DNA from: Macrostomum lignano
Lineage: Eukaryota
Reading direction: 5' to 3'
Assembly (NCBI GenBank): GCA_002269645.1
Contig: NIVC01000035.1
Location: 859,362 to 923,361, forward strand
DNA length: 64,000 nucleotides
Positions 51,294 to 63,439 of this stretch are shown in pieces. Position numbers and translations under genes: made by a program. A model generated the notes under the pieces. It made no database searches, was not told where the DNA came from, and worked only from the letters and a program-made list of their open reading frames with translations. Position 1 is the stretch's first letter. The number at the start of each line of letters is the position of its first letter.

Positions 51294-54200
51294 CGACCTC
51301 CTACCCGCCAAGTGGGGTGCTGTGGATACGCGATGGCCCGACACCAATCGCGGAACGAAAGGAGGTGTTCTGTTCAACTACAAAGACAGCGCACGCTACG
51401 CTGTCAGCGCCAGGATGATCACCTTGTCTGGTGATGTCGAATCTAACCCCGGCCCACCATCGCCGGGGAGGAACCTGTGCGGAGTTTGCGGCGGAAGGCA
51501 TACTCACAGAGGGCCAAAATGCTCGGAGTGCTCTGGCCAGCTGCATCTTAAGTGCAGTGGGCTGAACAGAGGGAGTTTCTACGCGCAGAAGGTTACCAGC
51601 ATAGAATGGATCGGGCCGTGCTGTAGGAAGGAGCCATTGCAGCCAGCTGGGCCCATTACTCCTGGTGAACGCCGGCCGCCTACCAGCAGTGCGAAATCCG
51701 ATGCAGCCAACCAGGCTGCTGGCCAGTTGCATCTGTCGGAGCAGAAAGTTGTGTGGGCCAAGCTGAGCGGCTGGGGCTGGTGGCCAGTCAGGATGAAGGC
51801 TGAAGACTGGCCATGTGTCGGCAACGAAGTGGTGGTTTGGTGGTTTGGATGCAATGATAAGACTTTTTTTAAAAAAGCCAATAAAAATAACGAATTCACC
51901 ACCTCCGAGACTGACCGCTTTGCGCAGCAGAAAGCAGGTTGGAAGAAAGCCGTAGCGGAAGCCACTGAGTTCGTTCAAAGTGAACAAACGAAAGGAGCCA
52001 GCCAGCCGCCAGGAGAGGTCGAGGAGTATGGTAGGACAGAGCCAAAAGGCTCAGCTAGCGTCAGCCAAGCCTGCGGAGGGAGATGTTCCATCTGTAAAGC
52101 AAATATGAAGTTCGGTATCAGCGGAATTCAGTGCACGGGATGCGGAGTTAGAGTGCACCGCAGCTGTAGCGGATGCAGCAGGTACAACACCCAAGCCCAG
52201 TCCAGCTGGAGATGCGCCAGATGCGGCAGCAGCCCCCGGGGACGACGTCGCGGAGGCTGAGCAGCACCGCAGCAGCGGCGCCTATGACGGTGACCAGCAA
52301 TGCGCTACCAAGGACAGTGGTGGACACTGTGCGGAGTGTCACAAGTACAGAAGGCGAGGCACCGGGGTCAGCTGCGGCGGCTGCGGGAAGACCGTGCACT
52401 GGACCTGCGCGGGCATTGAAAGCCGCGCCTGCAGAGAGAGGTTCAAAAAATATGGTGGATGGGAATGCAGCCTGTGCAGGGCGACCAAGGGGAAGGCCGC
52501 GGAGGTTCAGCGCTTGATTATGCCACCAGTCCGGCAGGGACGGTCGGCAACGAAAGCATCAGAGTCGCGCAGTGGAACTGCGACCACCTCAGAGCCAAAC
52601 TGCCGCTGCTTGAGAAGTTCCTGGACGACCACAACGTTGACGTTATGCTGCTCCAAGAGACCAAGTTGAGGGAGGAAGACGGTACCCTATCTATACCAGG
52701 CTACGAGATTGTCAGAAAAGACCGGCACAGGAAACTCCTCAGTACATTCGGTAGGGGAGGAGGCGTAGCCACGCTCATCAAAGCAGGAATCAAATACGAA
52801 GAGGTGGAATGCAACCTATGCCAGAAGGACGGCATCGAAATGATCGCTACTAAGATCTGGCTGAGAAGAGACCGCTCCAGCAACGGCAACGGCAACAGTG
52901 TCCAGATAGCGAATGTGTACATCCCGCCTGAAGGGTCCAGAGCGGTGAGCAGCGAGGCCATCAACAAACTCCCAGCAGGCAGGAATTGGCTAATCGCTGG
53001 CGACTTTAACGCCCACCACTCCCTCTGGGACAACATCTGTCCAGGTGACGACAGAGGTACAGCGCTCGTTGAGTGGCTGGACAACAATGAATTAGCTGTG
53101 CTCAATGATGGCAGCGTCACTAGGGTTGATCCCACCGGGAGCATCAAATCATCGCCAGATATCACCTTCTGTAGCAGAGAGGACGAACCCATATGGTCCT
53201 GGGAAACAGCTCAGCTGCACGGGTCGGACCACCACCCCATCATCATGCAGCTAGGGCATGGCTGCAGCAACAGAGAGCCAGCCAGAAAGATCATCAGCTG
53301 GAATTGGAAAGCCGCTGACTGGACAGCCTACAGAGACAACATCGAAGCCGGCCTGGCAGAATCGATTTGCGGCGCTGGATGCGTTAAGGAGAATGAGAAA
53401 AAGATCAGGGATATCATCATCAATGCTGCGAGAGCGTCGGTCGGTACCATTGCGCGCACAACCCGGAACCGGTCCTCCATCAACGACGAGGTGAGGGAAG
53501 CCCTGGAGGAACTTGGCAAGTGCGACGCCTCAGCTGAACCGGAGCTATGGGCCGAAAAAGAACAACGGCTCAAGTCTGAGATTAGGAAAAGCAAGGAGGA
53601 GGATGGGCGAAACCACCTGAGTAACAACGCGAGCAGTGCAAAAATGTGGTCAGTAGTCAAACGCCTCAATGGCAAAAGCTGCCCTGCAGCTGCCCTGCGT
53701 GAGATGGAAACTTCAGCGGAAGCAGAAATGGACCAGCCCATCCTCATGTCCGAAGTCGTGAGTGCGCTTGAAGCCATGGATGGTAACTATAGGAGGTTGC
53801 GCGCCTGTCGAGTTAAGCGGCTAAATATGTTTGCTTGCGCCTCCTTTTGATTTCAATTAGCCTTTCAACTTTACTGGCTTTACTGTTCAATCGAAAGTTT
53901 AGAACACAAGTTTTTGTTCGAACGATAGTTGTTAGGCCGCCAGTTTGCTCGCTCGCAAGTTGGCCCATTTCTACTTTTCCGCACTTATATTTATACAACA
54001 AAATTTGCCTCAGTCAGCGTTATTTCAAACCAATAGCAATTGCAAGAAAGTCTGGGAATTATTTTTTTGGTGCGAAAGTTTGGATGTCTGCGTGCCAGTT
54101 TCATGTGAACAGCGAAATCGGACACCGCCGTTGTGCGTCATTCGGCGGCTCCACCAGTGTTGCAGCTGTATCGATGTCGCAGATTTTGGGCGCTGATCTC

Positions 54201-56992
54201 AGCAGTTTTCGTGAGAACCAGACGTTCAGGCGTTCTTAGTGCAAGCCAAGTTCAGCCGGCTAAACTTTTCTAACTTTCACTTGTGCAACAATTGAGCGTT
54301 GGGAAGCACAATGAACTCCTGCTGAACTGGTCTTGCTGTCCTGAGCCGATCGGCTGATTGTTGCGTACTGCTGAGATCGTTGATGCTGCTGCTGCTGATG
54401 GTGCAAGCCGAGCTACGTTGGGTGTCTTAGACAAAAGCTAGCGTCCGCAACGTTGGGGCCTACTTCATAACTTTGGTCCCCTCGCTCCAGGCTCACATTG
54501 GGTCCTCTCGTTGCCGTCCAGCCTCGCCAGGTGACTCGACCAGGTGACACGACCAGGTGACCTAGCCTATCCCCGTTCCTAGACTTATGAGCATTTTCTT
54601 ATGGCTCTTAGTAACAAAGCGGCCGGCGAAGACCTTATCCACCCCAGGCTCCTCAAGGAATTGCCATCCAACAGCCTACCTGTCATCACTAGCCTCTTCA
54701 ACGACTCCTACAGGCAGGCCGAAGTGCCCCAGAGCTGGCGCACGGCTAGAATCATCCCGCTCCTGAAGCATGGCAAAGATGCTGAATGCATACCCTCATA
54801 CAGGCCGATCAGCCTCACATCCTGCCTAGGCAAATGGCTTGAAAGAGTTATCACCAACAGAATTAGTTACCACCTCGAGAGCAAAGGGCTCCTTAGCGAC
54901 TGCCAGGCTGGGTTTAGGGCTGGCAGATCCACGGAGGACCAACTACTCAGGCTCGCGCAGGACGCCGATGACGGCTTTCAGAAGAAAATCTGTACGCTTT
55001 TGCTACTGGTGGATTTCGAGCGAGCGTTCGACAAAGTGCTCCGCACCGGCCTCATCTGGAAACTGATCAGCAAAGGAGTGGGCAGGCTCTCGATCAGATG
55101 GATACAAGCGTGGCTGAGTCACAGATTAGCTAAAGTCAACTTCAATGGCAAGGACAGCAAGCTTAAAGTGCTCGAGCAAGGCCTGCCGCAAGGCTCCGTC
55201 CTGTCGCCGCTGCTGTTCCTGGTCTACATTGACGACCTCCTAGAAGGTCTCAGCGCGGTCGAGGGGGTCAAAGTTAGCGGCTTCGCGGACGACCTCGCCA
55301 TCTGGACCTCTGGCAGGCAAGACCAGATGCGCGCGAGTATGGATAAAGCCATCCAGCTCACGGAGACTTGGAGCAATAACTGGCTTATGCCGATTGCAGT
55401 AAGCAAGTGTTCCCTCACGCTTCTGTCCACGACTAGCACTAGAACCAGCCTAGAAGACACCACCTTCACGATGTACGGCAGCACTATCAGCTGGGCCCCA
55501 ACCGCGAAGTTCCTGGGGCTCACCTTCGACAGAACGCTGAAGTTCGAGACGCTCGTTAACAACATCAAAGAGGCATGCCTTAAGAAAGTTAACATATTAA
55601 GGAAACTGGCTGGCAGTGACTGGGGCTGGAGCCTGGAGCTAATTAAAATCACGTACGAAGCTCTTATTAAGAGCAAGATCCTGTACGGCGCTCCAGCATG
55701 GATGCCTTGGATCAGCGAAAGCAGCTGGCACAAGCTCGAAGTGATACAGCGCTCAGCTGAAAGGATCATGACTGGTCTCATGGCTACTACCCCGGTTGAA
55801 GCGCTCAGTATGGAAAGCGGCCTTGAGCCCCTCAAAGTGTGCAGCAAGGCCAGATGGGCCGAGAAATTCGACCGCCTCAGACGACAGCCCCCGGTAGCAT
55901 CAGAAGAGAGCTGGTTGGCGAAGGGCCAAAGCAGAGGCTTAAAAGAAAAGGCTGGAGAGCCCGAGCTAAAGAGTTGCTTGATGACCATGGTCTGCTCAAC
56001 ATCACAGTGGAGAAGGATGAACAACCTGCCACGCTGGCCCCATGGGAGGAAAGGAAATTCACGATTCACATGGAAGGCCGGCGCAAGCTTTGCGAAGCTG
56101 ACAACAGGAACCTGGCCGAGAACATCATCCAAAGCTGCGCAGCCGACGCAGACCTCATCCTCTACACGGACGGATCAGTTAGCAGTGACGGTAAAGGTGG
56201 TGGCGGAGTCGTTGTGACAGCCAAAGGGATCGACGGCTGGGACACACAAACCCGTATTGAGGTCGACGCCGGCAAGCCCTGCAGCTCACTCCAGGCTGAG
56301 CTGCACGCACTGCAAGCAGCCACTGATTGGATCCGTCACCATGGCCGGGGAAAAAGCACCTGCATTGCCACGGACAGCCTCAGCAGCCTCCAGCTCCTCC
56401 ACAGCAGGAGAAGTAATCCGATAGCCAATAGAATCACCAACAACTTGCAGGCAGCCAGTGAGACCAACGGCCGGCTCATCATTTGCTGGGTCCCGGCCCA
56501 CTGTGGCCTCAGCGGGATCGAAGAGGCCGACACCACGGCAAAGGCCGCAGCCGGCAGACCAGCTGGAGGAGCCGGTGTGCTTGCCAACCCGGTTAAGAGA
56601 TCCATCTACCGAGACCTGACCAGAGCGAAGGAATGGAGCCACCAACGCAGCAAAGAGACCTACAGCAAAGGCCCCAAAAGCAACTGGAAGAAGGACTATG
56701 CAGACCGCAGCGAAGCAGTGAGCTTCAGACGCTTCCGTACCGGACACTCCCTCGAACTGAACCAGTTCCGCAAGAGACTTGGCAACCAGGACAGTGACAG
56801 CTGCAGGCTATGTGGAGATGGCGAAGAATCCAACTCGCACTTAATGGATTGCCCGGCTACGTGGAAAAGGAGGCAGGAGTACAACATCACCGGCCTGTGC
56901 GATCTGTGGAACCAACCAGACGCTGCCTACAGGTTCTGGAACTGGATCAAAGAAGCGCATGAGTTGAGCGGCACACACACACACACACACAC
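51294..56992 (+). mobile_element. Ingi-like non-LTR retrotransposon: 2A-like peptide, PHD-PWWP-PHD-PHD, APE, RT, RNase H, Zn finger; (CA)n tail
   Basis: GDVESNPGP (51430-51456); three C4HC3-like fingers; VVWAKLSGWGWWP...WWFG...WKKAVAEA; QWNC...LLQETK...GDFNAH...GSDH; YRPISL...GLPQG...FADD; YTDGS...QAEL...TDS...WVPAHC; CRLC...H...C. About three frameshifts and one nested insertion. (CA)n at 56972-56992. Confidence 0.88.
53788..54610. mobile_element. 823-bp unclassified non-coding insertion with a 5-bp direct repeat GTAAC
   Basis: gtaac at 53783-53787 and 54611-54615. Removing the insert and one repeat copy restores ...EAMDGNKAAGED... in frame. No TIR seen. Confidence 0.8.
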
Positions 56993-57050
56993 GCAGCAGC
57001 AGCAGCAGCAGCAGCAGAAGCAGCCGCGGCGCGATGTTTGCGGATGCCAT
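56993..57050 (-). pseudogene. Lectin paralogue G, 5' part (start codon and signal peptide)
   Basis: MASANIAPRLLLL...; the upstream sequence is homologous to that of D and C2. Confidence 0.87.
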
Positions 57051-57672
57051 TCACTGCAGTTTCTTCGATTCAGTTTCCAAGCTCTCAATTTCACAGGTTC
57101 TTCAAGCACAGAATGCTGAAAAATTACAGAGGGCTCTGCAAGCGCAAGAGTCCCGGCTGGCTTGCTGTTTGCCAGACGCGACTAAATAAAGTCAATTTGA
57201 GAACCTCGTGCTCCTCCAGAATCAACAAGACGACAGAGCTGTATTGCCAGAATAAATATTGAGTTTTGAATGAACGATCTTGCACCTGTTTGTCTGTTGG
57301 TGTCAGATTGAATAACTACTGACAGGGCTGTCTGAGTCTGCAGCACCTGCCTTGCGTCCCAAGCCATGCAACTTCAAGTCTCTTTAAGTGCTCGCTTGTT
57401 TGACTTTTAAGTGGGTGAGAAACTTTCATTGACTCTGCTGGGTTGCGGGTTGAGTATAAAGTATAAGTACAAGTCATCTCGAGAGCTCAATGAGAAATGT
57501 CTGCTACAAAATCGCGGACGCGAAGAGAGAGTTAGATAAGAGCTTCAGCATCTCTTGAGAAATTGAATTGATGGTGCTGAGAACGTTTGTGCTAATCAGC
57601 GGACGCACTGGCACACTGCTGATAGAGTTTGATATAATTTGAAGTGTCATGAGTCTCATTTGGTCTCTGACG

Positions 57673-57962
57673 ACTCAGCTCCAGTATCTCACTGGTAGCT
57701 CACATGCACATGGATTATTTTACAGGACTACTCAGCTCCAGTATCTCACTGGTAGCTTACATGCACATGGATTATTTTACAGGGCTACTCAGCTCCAGTA
57801 TCTCACTGGTAGCTTACATGCACATGGATTATTTTACAGGGCTACTCAGCTCCAGTATCTCACTGGTAGCTTACATGCACATGGATTATTTTACAGGGCT
57901 ACTCAGCTCCAGTATCTCACTGGTAGCTCACATGCACATGGATTATTTTACAGGACTACTAC
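57673..57962. repeat. 57-bp minisatellite, ~5 copies, reverse orientation relative to 34263-34782
   Basis: Reverse complement of the same unit, in a paralogous upstream block. Confidence 0.93.
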
Positions 57963-60914
57963 TTCAGTCCAAATGAGAGTTCGGCTGCAGTTGGGTGTTA
58001 ATGTTCATGGGCCAAAAAGCAGACTTTACTGCTGAGTTTCTGGACTTCATATGATGTCAGACGGAGAGAAAATCTCTCTTACTCTCTTGAAGAGAGAGAG
58101 AGAGAATTAAGTCGAGTGTCTAAACGCACGAACTCCCACTTCCAGACGTCAAGCCTAGTAACAAAATTCAGTGATCACTTACTGGTGCGGGCTCCTCTTC
58201 TTTGTCGGGCAGGTTCTCCGAGCTCGTTTCTTCAATTCTTCTTCATCCGGAACAGTCTTCTTGAGTTCTAAAATCGGCCGAATATGAGAGCTTAACAGTT
58301 TAATCCGTCGACGTCGAAGTAGTCCTCAAGTGCAGAAATCAAAGATGCGCCCAAATAATTGAGGTCCTCCAGAAAGGCCGTCTTCTTCTAGAAATAACGG
58401 AATCGGAGTCGTGTGCCCCTATCGGTTACTCTAGGGTACCAAAATCAATTAATCGATAATCCTCTAAGGGTATCGGAATCAGTCCGCAGATCCTATCCAA
58501 TCCCTTAGGAATAGGGAGGCCTCAAATTCAATAACCCAGTAAATTAAGCCTCTTGCAAAGCCCAAGATCTCTTGAGGCTTATCCGAGTCTGAGATATCAG
58601 CTAGGATTTTCGCTTGTATTTGTACACAATTTGTCGGCCTTGTTCACGATGAGTTGCGCGCTCAACCTCATCCGTCTGCTGCTGGCCTCCGTTCTCATCT
58701 ACTGCGACGGCTCAGCGTCAGCTACTGGTCGCTCCACTAACGGTGAGCCCTCCGCACCGGTATTGGGGCAGCGCATCACTGTCGCCGGTGTTACACTTTA
58801 AACTATCCGGGTTTTTTTGTCTGGCCCGGATATCCGAACGCACTTACAATATCCGCCCGGATACTGCCAAGCAAAAAACCTGCTTTTTTTCTCCTTCCCG
58901 GATTTCTTGAGCTGCTTTGCATTGTCTGGGCACTTTGAGATGTCTCTTCCGGACATCGTACGGCACTGACTCTGCTATCCGGCCCGGAGATCACAAGAAG
59001 GGGAAGTTGTCTTGGGACATCCGACTGTAGGTTGAAAGAGAGTGGTCAGTCTGCGGAGACAAAGGTTTGCTTTAGGACATCCGGCTACTGATATCCGGGG
59101 CTAGAAATAGCTAAATTTCTAGATCAATTTTCGCAAAGTACGCTAGTAGAAAATCACTTTTTGCTACTTTTCAATCGGAAACATCTACGTCATGCTTATT
59201 TAACTGCATGTGTATATTTCAATAACAGTTTCGCATTTCACACGCTCCAAAAGAATTAAAGTTAAAGCTACTACTGTCAACCGAAAAGTTACTCCCCTCC
59301 CCAATCTGATTCGATAAATCAAAAACTGGCGATCCGCCGAATGAAGCGTGAATTTTTTTCCAAAACGTAGGACTTGGACAAGAAATATATTCCAACTATC
59401 TGAAAAGAATGGGTGTATTATAATTTGCGCAACACATTCTTTTGCGGGCTATTAGCTCGTACACTGATATTCATGGCATGTACGCTTGTGCGGGTGCTTT
59501 TAACGGCAGTCTATTATCGATTTATTCTTAGACTGTATGATTGCATCTTATCCGCCCCTCCCAAGCACTCTGAGTCAGTCCCATTCTCGCTTAATGGTGT
59601 CCTTCTGCCCCACGCATTCGCATGCGCCTGCCGCCTCTGGCCCACTCGATCCCTCTTCCGTCTTGCCAGGTCCCTCTGCTCTGGATCCCCGGGCACGCGG
59701 GCATCAAAGTCAACGATTTTTCGACCTACGCGCGGACGCCGCTGCCTCTCCCGTCTTCTGGGCTCCTTTTTAGCTCCGCCTGAGGCAAACATCGTCTCAG
59801 AAAGTTTTATTTTATGACTATAGTCTTTAGTAGCTCTCTGCTCAAGCTAATCGTGGAGCCTTCAATTGCAACCTGTAGTAGTTTTACTAAAGCTTTTGTG
59901 GTGTCGCAAGTACATCGATTTTAGTACGAGAAGTAGCATTTTCCTAACGTGTGCATAATATTTTTCTGCTAATACTAAAAGTAGTCCAATGTGCTGCTAA
60001 CAAACTGCTAACGAACGACATACTTATGTCTTTCAGGTATGGGATAATATAATGAAGCACTGTTCAATTATTTATTGTCTTCATAGCCAACTGTGGAGCT
60101 ATTGATGCCGATTCCCATGCCCTCCGAAATTGAAGACAGGCTTAAATAACTGGAAGCGGTACAGCAATTTAACATCAATCATAGTTGGAGCTAATTAGCA
60201 GGCTGCAATTAAAAATGTTCGTAAAAATGTCAGATCTACGACAAGCAGGAACTTGCCGCTTCTACGGGCAGGTAGGTTTTAGGTAATGATCAACACACAG
60301 CAAATGTGGGACCTTGAGCCCCGCAGTCAGTCAAAAAATTAACGGTGCGCTGCCTCCCTAAACTGGGACACACACTGCTTCCTCTGCCGTCCTTTGACGT
60401 CCCACTGGTGCGCCTGTTGGGTCGCCTCATCATAACTCCGAAAACCAAAATAGTGTTGGATATTGCTAACACTTTCGGAGTTATGATATTTCGGGTTTAT
60501 GATGCCACCCCGCCTGCCGACTAAGCTAAGACCAAAGCAACCGAATATAGCAATGAATAAATTATCAATAGTAAGCACTTTTTCTCGAAAAGTGCCATTT
60601 CATAGGAATGATAATAAATAGGTCTTTTACTTTGTTTAAAAGGAGCCATTACAGCTTTTCTCTTTCGACTAGCGTTCCGTTTCAATGATACTTCAAGTAC
60701 TGCATACGAGCGTTTTTCGTAAGATAGTTACAGATCTCTAAAACTTCCAAACTGCAAAATTGAACAAAACCCAAAAATGTTGGAAAAATAAGCACGGGAA
60801 TATTGATGAGAAGAGCTCCGGCGGAACAATCGTACAGACTCATGTGACTACACGCCGGATGCCTACGAAAGTTTAGCCTGAATTCAAAGCAAACACCTTG
60901 AGTTCATTTTTTCG

Positions 60915-61649
60915 TCATTCGAAGGGCGACACGCACTCGCACAGCCCGTTCCTTGACTCTTGTTGGTAGGCGTCACCAAGAACAAAGCGAGCAAAGACTG
61001 CGCCCTCGCTGCCTCCTCTGTTGTCGGGCTCTGCGCTGGCCCACAGGCTGGCGTCGAAGCTGATGTTGCAGGCCACCCAGCGCCAGCCTCCGTCGGGCTC
61101 CGCACTGCCCGGAGTCTGGAAGCCGCCGACCCACATGGCGACGCCGCCAGCCTTCGTGCTGTAAACTTGTCCGATGGCAGCCAGCTCGGCGCTGTCGATC
61201 ACGTCCGCCATGATCACCAGACCGCTCTCCGACTCGCACCTCTGTCTCTGCACTGTCCAGGTGTTGGTCGTATTGAAGAGCTTGTACTTCACTCCGCAGT
61301 GGTCGTCTCCGAAGTCGGACGGACCCAGCGCACCCGGCTCGAGTCCCGGCTGCTGCTTCACGAACACCCGGCCTCTCCTGGAGCAGCCGCAGTCCCTCAC
61401 CGACTTGCTGCACTTGTCGAACACGAACAGCTGGCACGGACCGTCAGCCAGGCTGAACGCCTGACAGCGCGGCTCCATGCTGCAGAGGTTTGAGCACTCG
61501 ATGTCCGACCTGGCTCGAGGCTCGTTTCTGGTAAACTCGGGCCGGATGCAGAGCGAGCCGTTGATGACGTGGAACACCTGGCCTGGGGACACACCGGGTG
61601 AGCTCATCAGCATCAGCAGCAGCAGCGACACAACTTTTATTGATGTCAT
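60915..61649 (-). CDS. PAN + C-type lectin paralogue H (244 aa)
   Basis: Intact ORF from MTSIKVV; loop EPDNRGGSEGAVFARFVLGDAYQQESRN. Confidence 0.88.
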   Translation of the reverse strand: MTSIKVVSLLLLMLMSSPGVSPGQVFHVINGSLCIRPEFTRNEPRARSDIECSNLCSMEPRCQAFSLADGPCQLFVFDKCSKSVRDCGCSRRGRVFVKQQPGLEPGALGPSDFGDDHCGVKYKLFNTTNTWTVQRQRCESESGLVIMADVIDSAELAAIGQVYSTKAGGVAMWVGGFQTPGSAEPDGGWRWVACNISFDASLWASAEPDNRGGSEGAVFARFVLGDAYQQESRNGLCECVSPFE

Positions 61650-61991
61650 GCTCGACGCTCTCAAGTTTCTAAGGGACCTGGAGTTTCTTAGATGCTGTTT
61701 TGGGAGCTTATTTTGAAAAAAAGGCAAAAATGTTTTGCAGAAGAGACGCACTTTATGGCCGCCCTGATGTTTGAATCCTCATTGAGCAGCTCTGCTCTGA
61801 CCAATCCAAGGGATCTGTTTTAATCTTTGGACTTGAGAATTTCGCCAATTGGCCAAACGGATGAGCTGCAGGAGTTGCAGTCGCTTGCAGACCAAATGTG
61901 CAGTTTTGAATGTCTGCTCCAGTCTGGCGAGTAGGTGACTGAGCTTCTCCAATGCCAGCAATGGTCATTGGGTCCATGAAAATTGACTGCC

Positions 61992-62266
61992 CTAGCTTTC
62001 AGGACGGGCACAACTAACTCGGCTCAAACCCGGACCTCTCCGACACTTTCACGCCCAAGAATCTCTGCCAGCTCGTCTGCTACCTAAGGGCTACCGGGAG
62101 AGCGACAATCCGTGCACTTCCTGGACTCTCCAGAGGGGGGCCGCGTTGCGGACACTGGCACCACCGGATCTCCCTGCTTGACACCGCAGCACCAGCTGCC
62201 CGTGGTCGGAATGGGCGGCGACGCCTCCCCGCTGCATCCGGATGCCCGGAACCCCCTGCAAGTAAG
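61992..62266 (+). mobile_element. Short 3' fragment of the Loa-like family
   Basis: Encodes KNLCQLVCYLRATGR (compare ENFNQLMRYLQATRR of the 4163 element), shares the 3' UTR hairpin, and ends ccctgcaagtaag. Confidence 0.7.
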
Positions 62267-63439
62267 AACCGCCGACAGTGTGCGAGAGTGGTCTTCTGCC
62301 TGTCTGCTCCGCGACATTTCTGGCCCCTCATCTGGCCGGCATAATGAATTCAATTGTCATCGGTCTTGAGCGACCACAAGACCACAGTTCCAGCTGACCA
62401 CAAGGTTATCGCTGGAAGCCACTTTGACCAGCCTGCCGATCTGATGTTGGGCGCCTTCAAGGAGGGCGATGTCGTCGTTGTCAGCTGAGGGAGTGCGTTC
62501 ACGTCTGTCTACATGAATCACCAGAGCGTCCCAATGTCCGAAGAATCGTTTATATTGATGGCCAGGACGCCCTAACGCCTGGTTCATACATATTGTAGCT
62601 TCTTTACTTTAAGCACTGGGACTGGGAAACCCAATCCGAATTAATACAATATCAAGACAATACCTAACTCTCTACTGTGAGTAGAGAATTACGAAAAAAA
62701 AACAATTCTTCGTTACGGAGAGCATCGATTATCAGCTTGGAATTCTATCAGTTCTATTGTATATAGCTTACTAATATCGAAATATTATAAATTGGTAACA
62801 AAGTCAGCGATGTAGAAGACCAATTTAGGGTTCTGCAGGCAACTACTTTTATGATACAAAACCATTTTCCATGTTCATCTATCCAACTTATAGAGAGTTG
62901 AGCGCACGATTGCAAAAAAACTGGCTTATCGATTTGAGTTTACACAAACGATATTTCAATATTTATACAGAAGAGTCGAGGAAACAATGAGGAAGTCCTT
63001 ATTGGTTGCATTGCTACATCGGAGGCTTGGCCAAACTGTGTTTTTCCTCCTTTTATACCCAAAGGTGAATTGCATGAAAATATGCAGCAAGGGGACAGAG
63101 AGAAACGCTTGCGAACGGCCGCTATGCCAGAAATTATTGACAGCGCTATTGGCAGGAAATAGAAACGGAGAGACAGAGGGAGAGAGGGAGAGTTGGGCAG
63201 AGTGGCCAAACAAATGAGCTCAATGCTGAAGGCTGGTGGCACTGAGGACTCAGATTGCCGGCAGTGCAGGACACAGTTCAGCATGGAGTGGCTTTGGTGG
63301 AGGGCAAACAGGGCAAGACTGTATTTTCTAGCGTTTCAACTGTGTGTGAGTGTGTGATATGTGACATGCAGCTGAGGGGCTGGATGGCGAATATGCGCCT
63401 CGTTTGGCACTTCTTTTCCGATTGTGACGTCTCTTCCAC

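Noticed and set aside
52220-52490. Programmed ribosomal frameshifting in the Ingi-like element
   Set aside because: The shifts are compensating +1/-1 events in short homopolymers with no clear slippery heptamer, so mutation or sequencing indels are more likely.
53783-54611. The nested insertion as a precise spliceosomal intron (introner)
   Set aside because: GT-AG excision removes 829 nt, whereas 828 are needed to restore MDGNKAAG.
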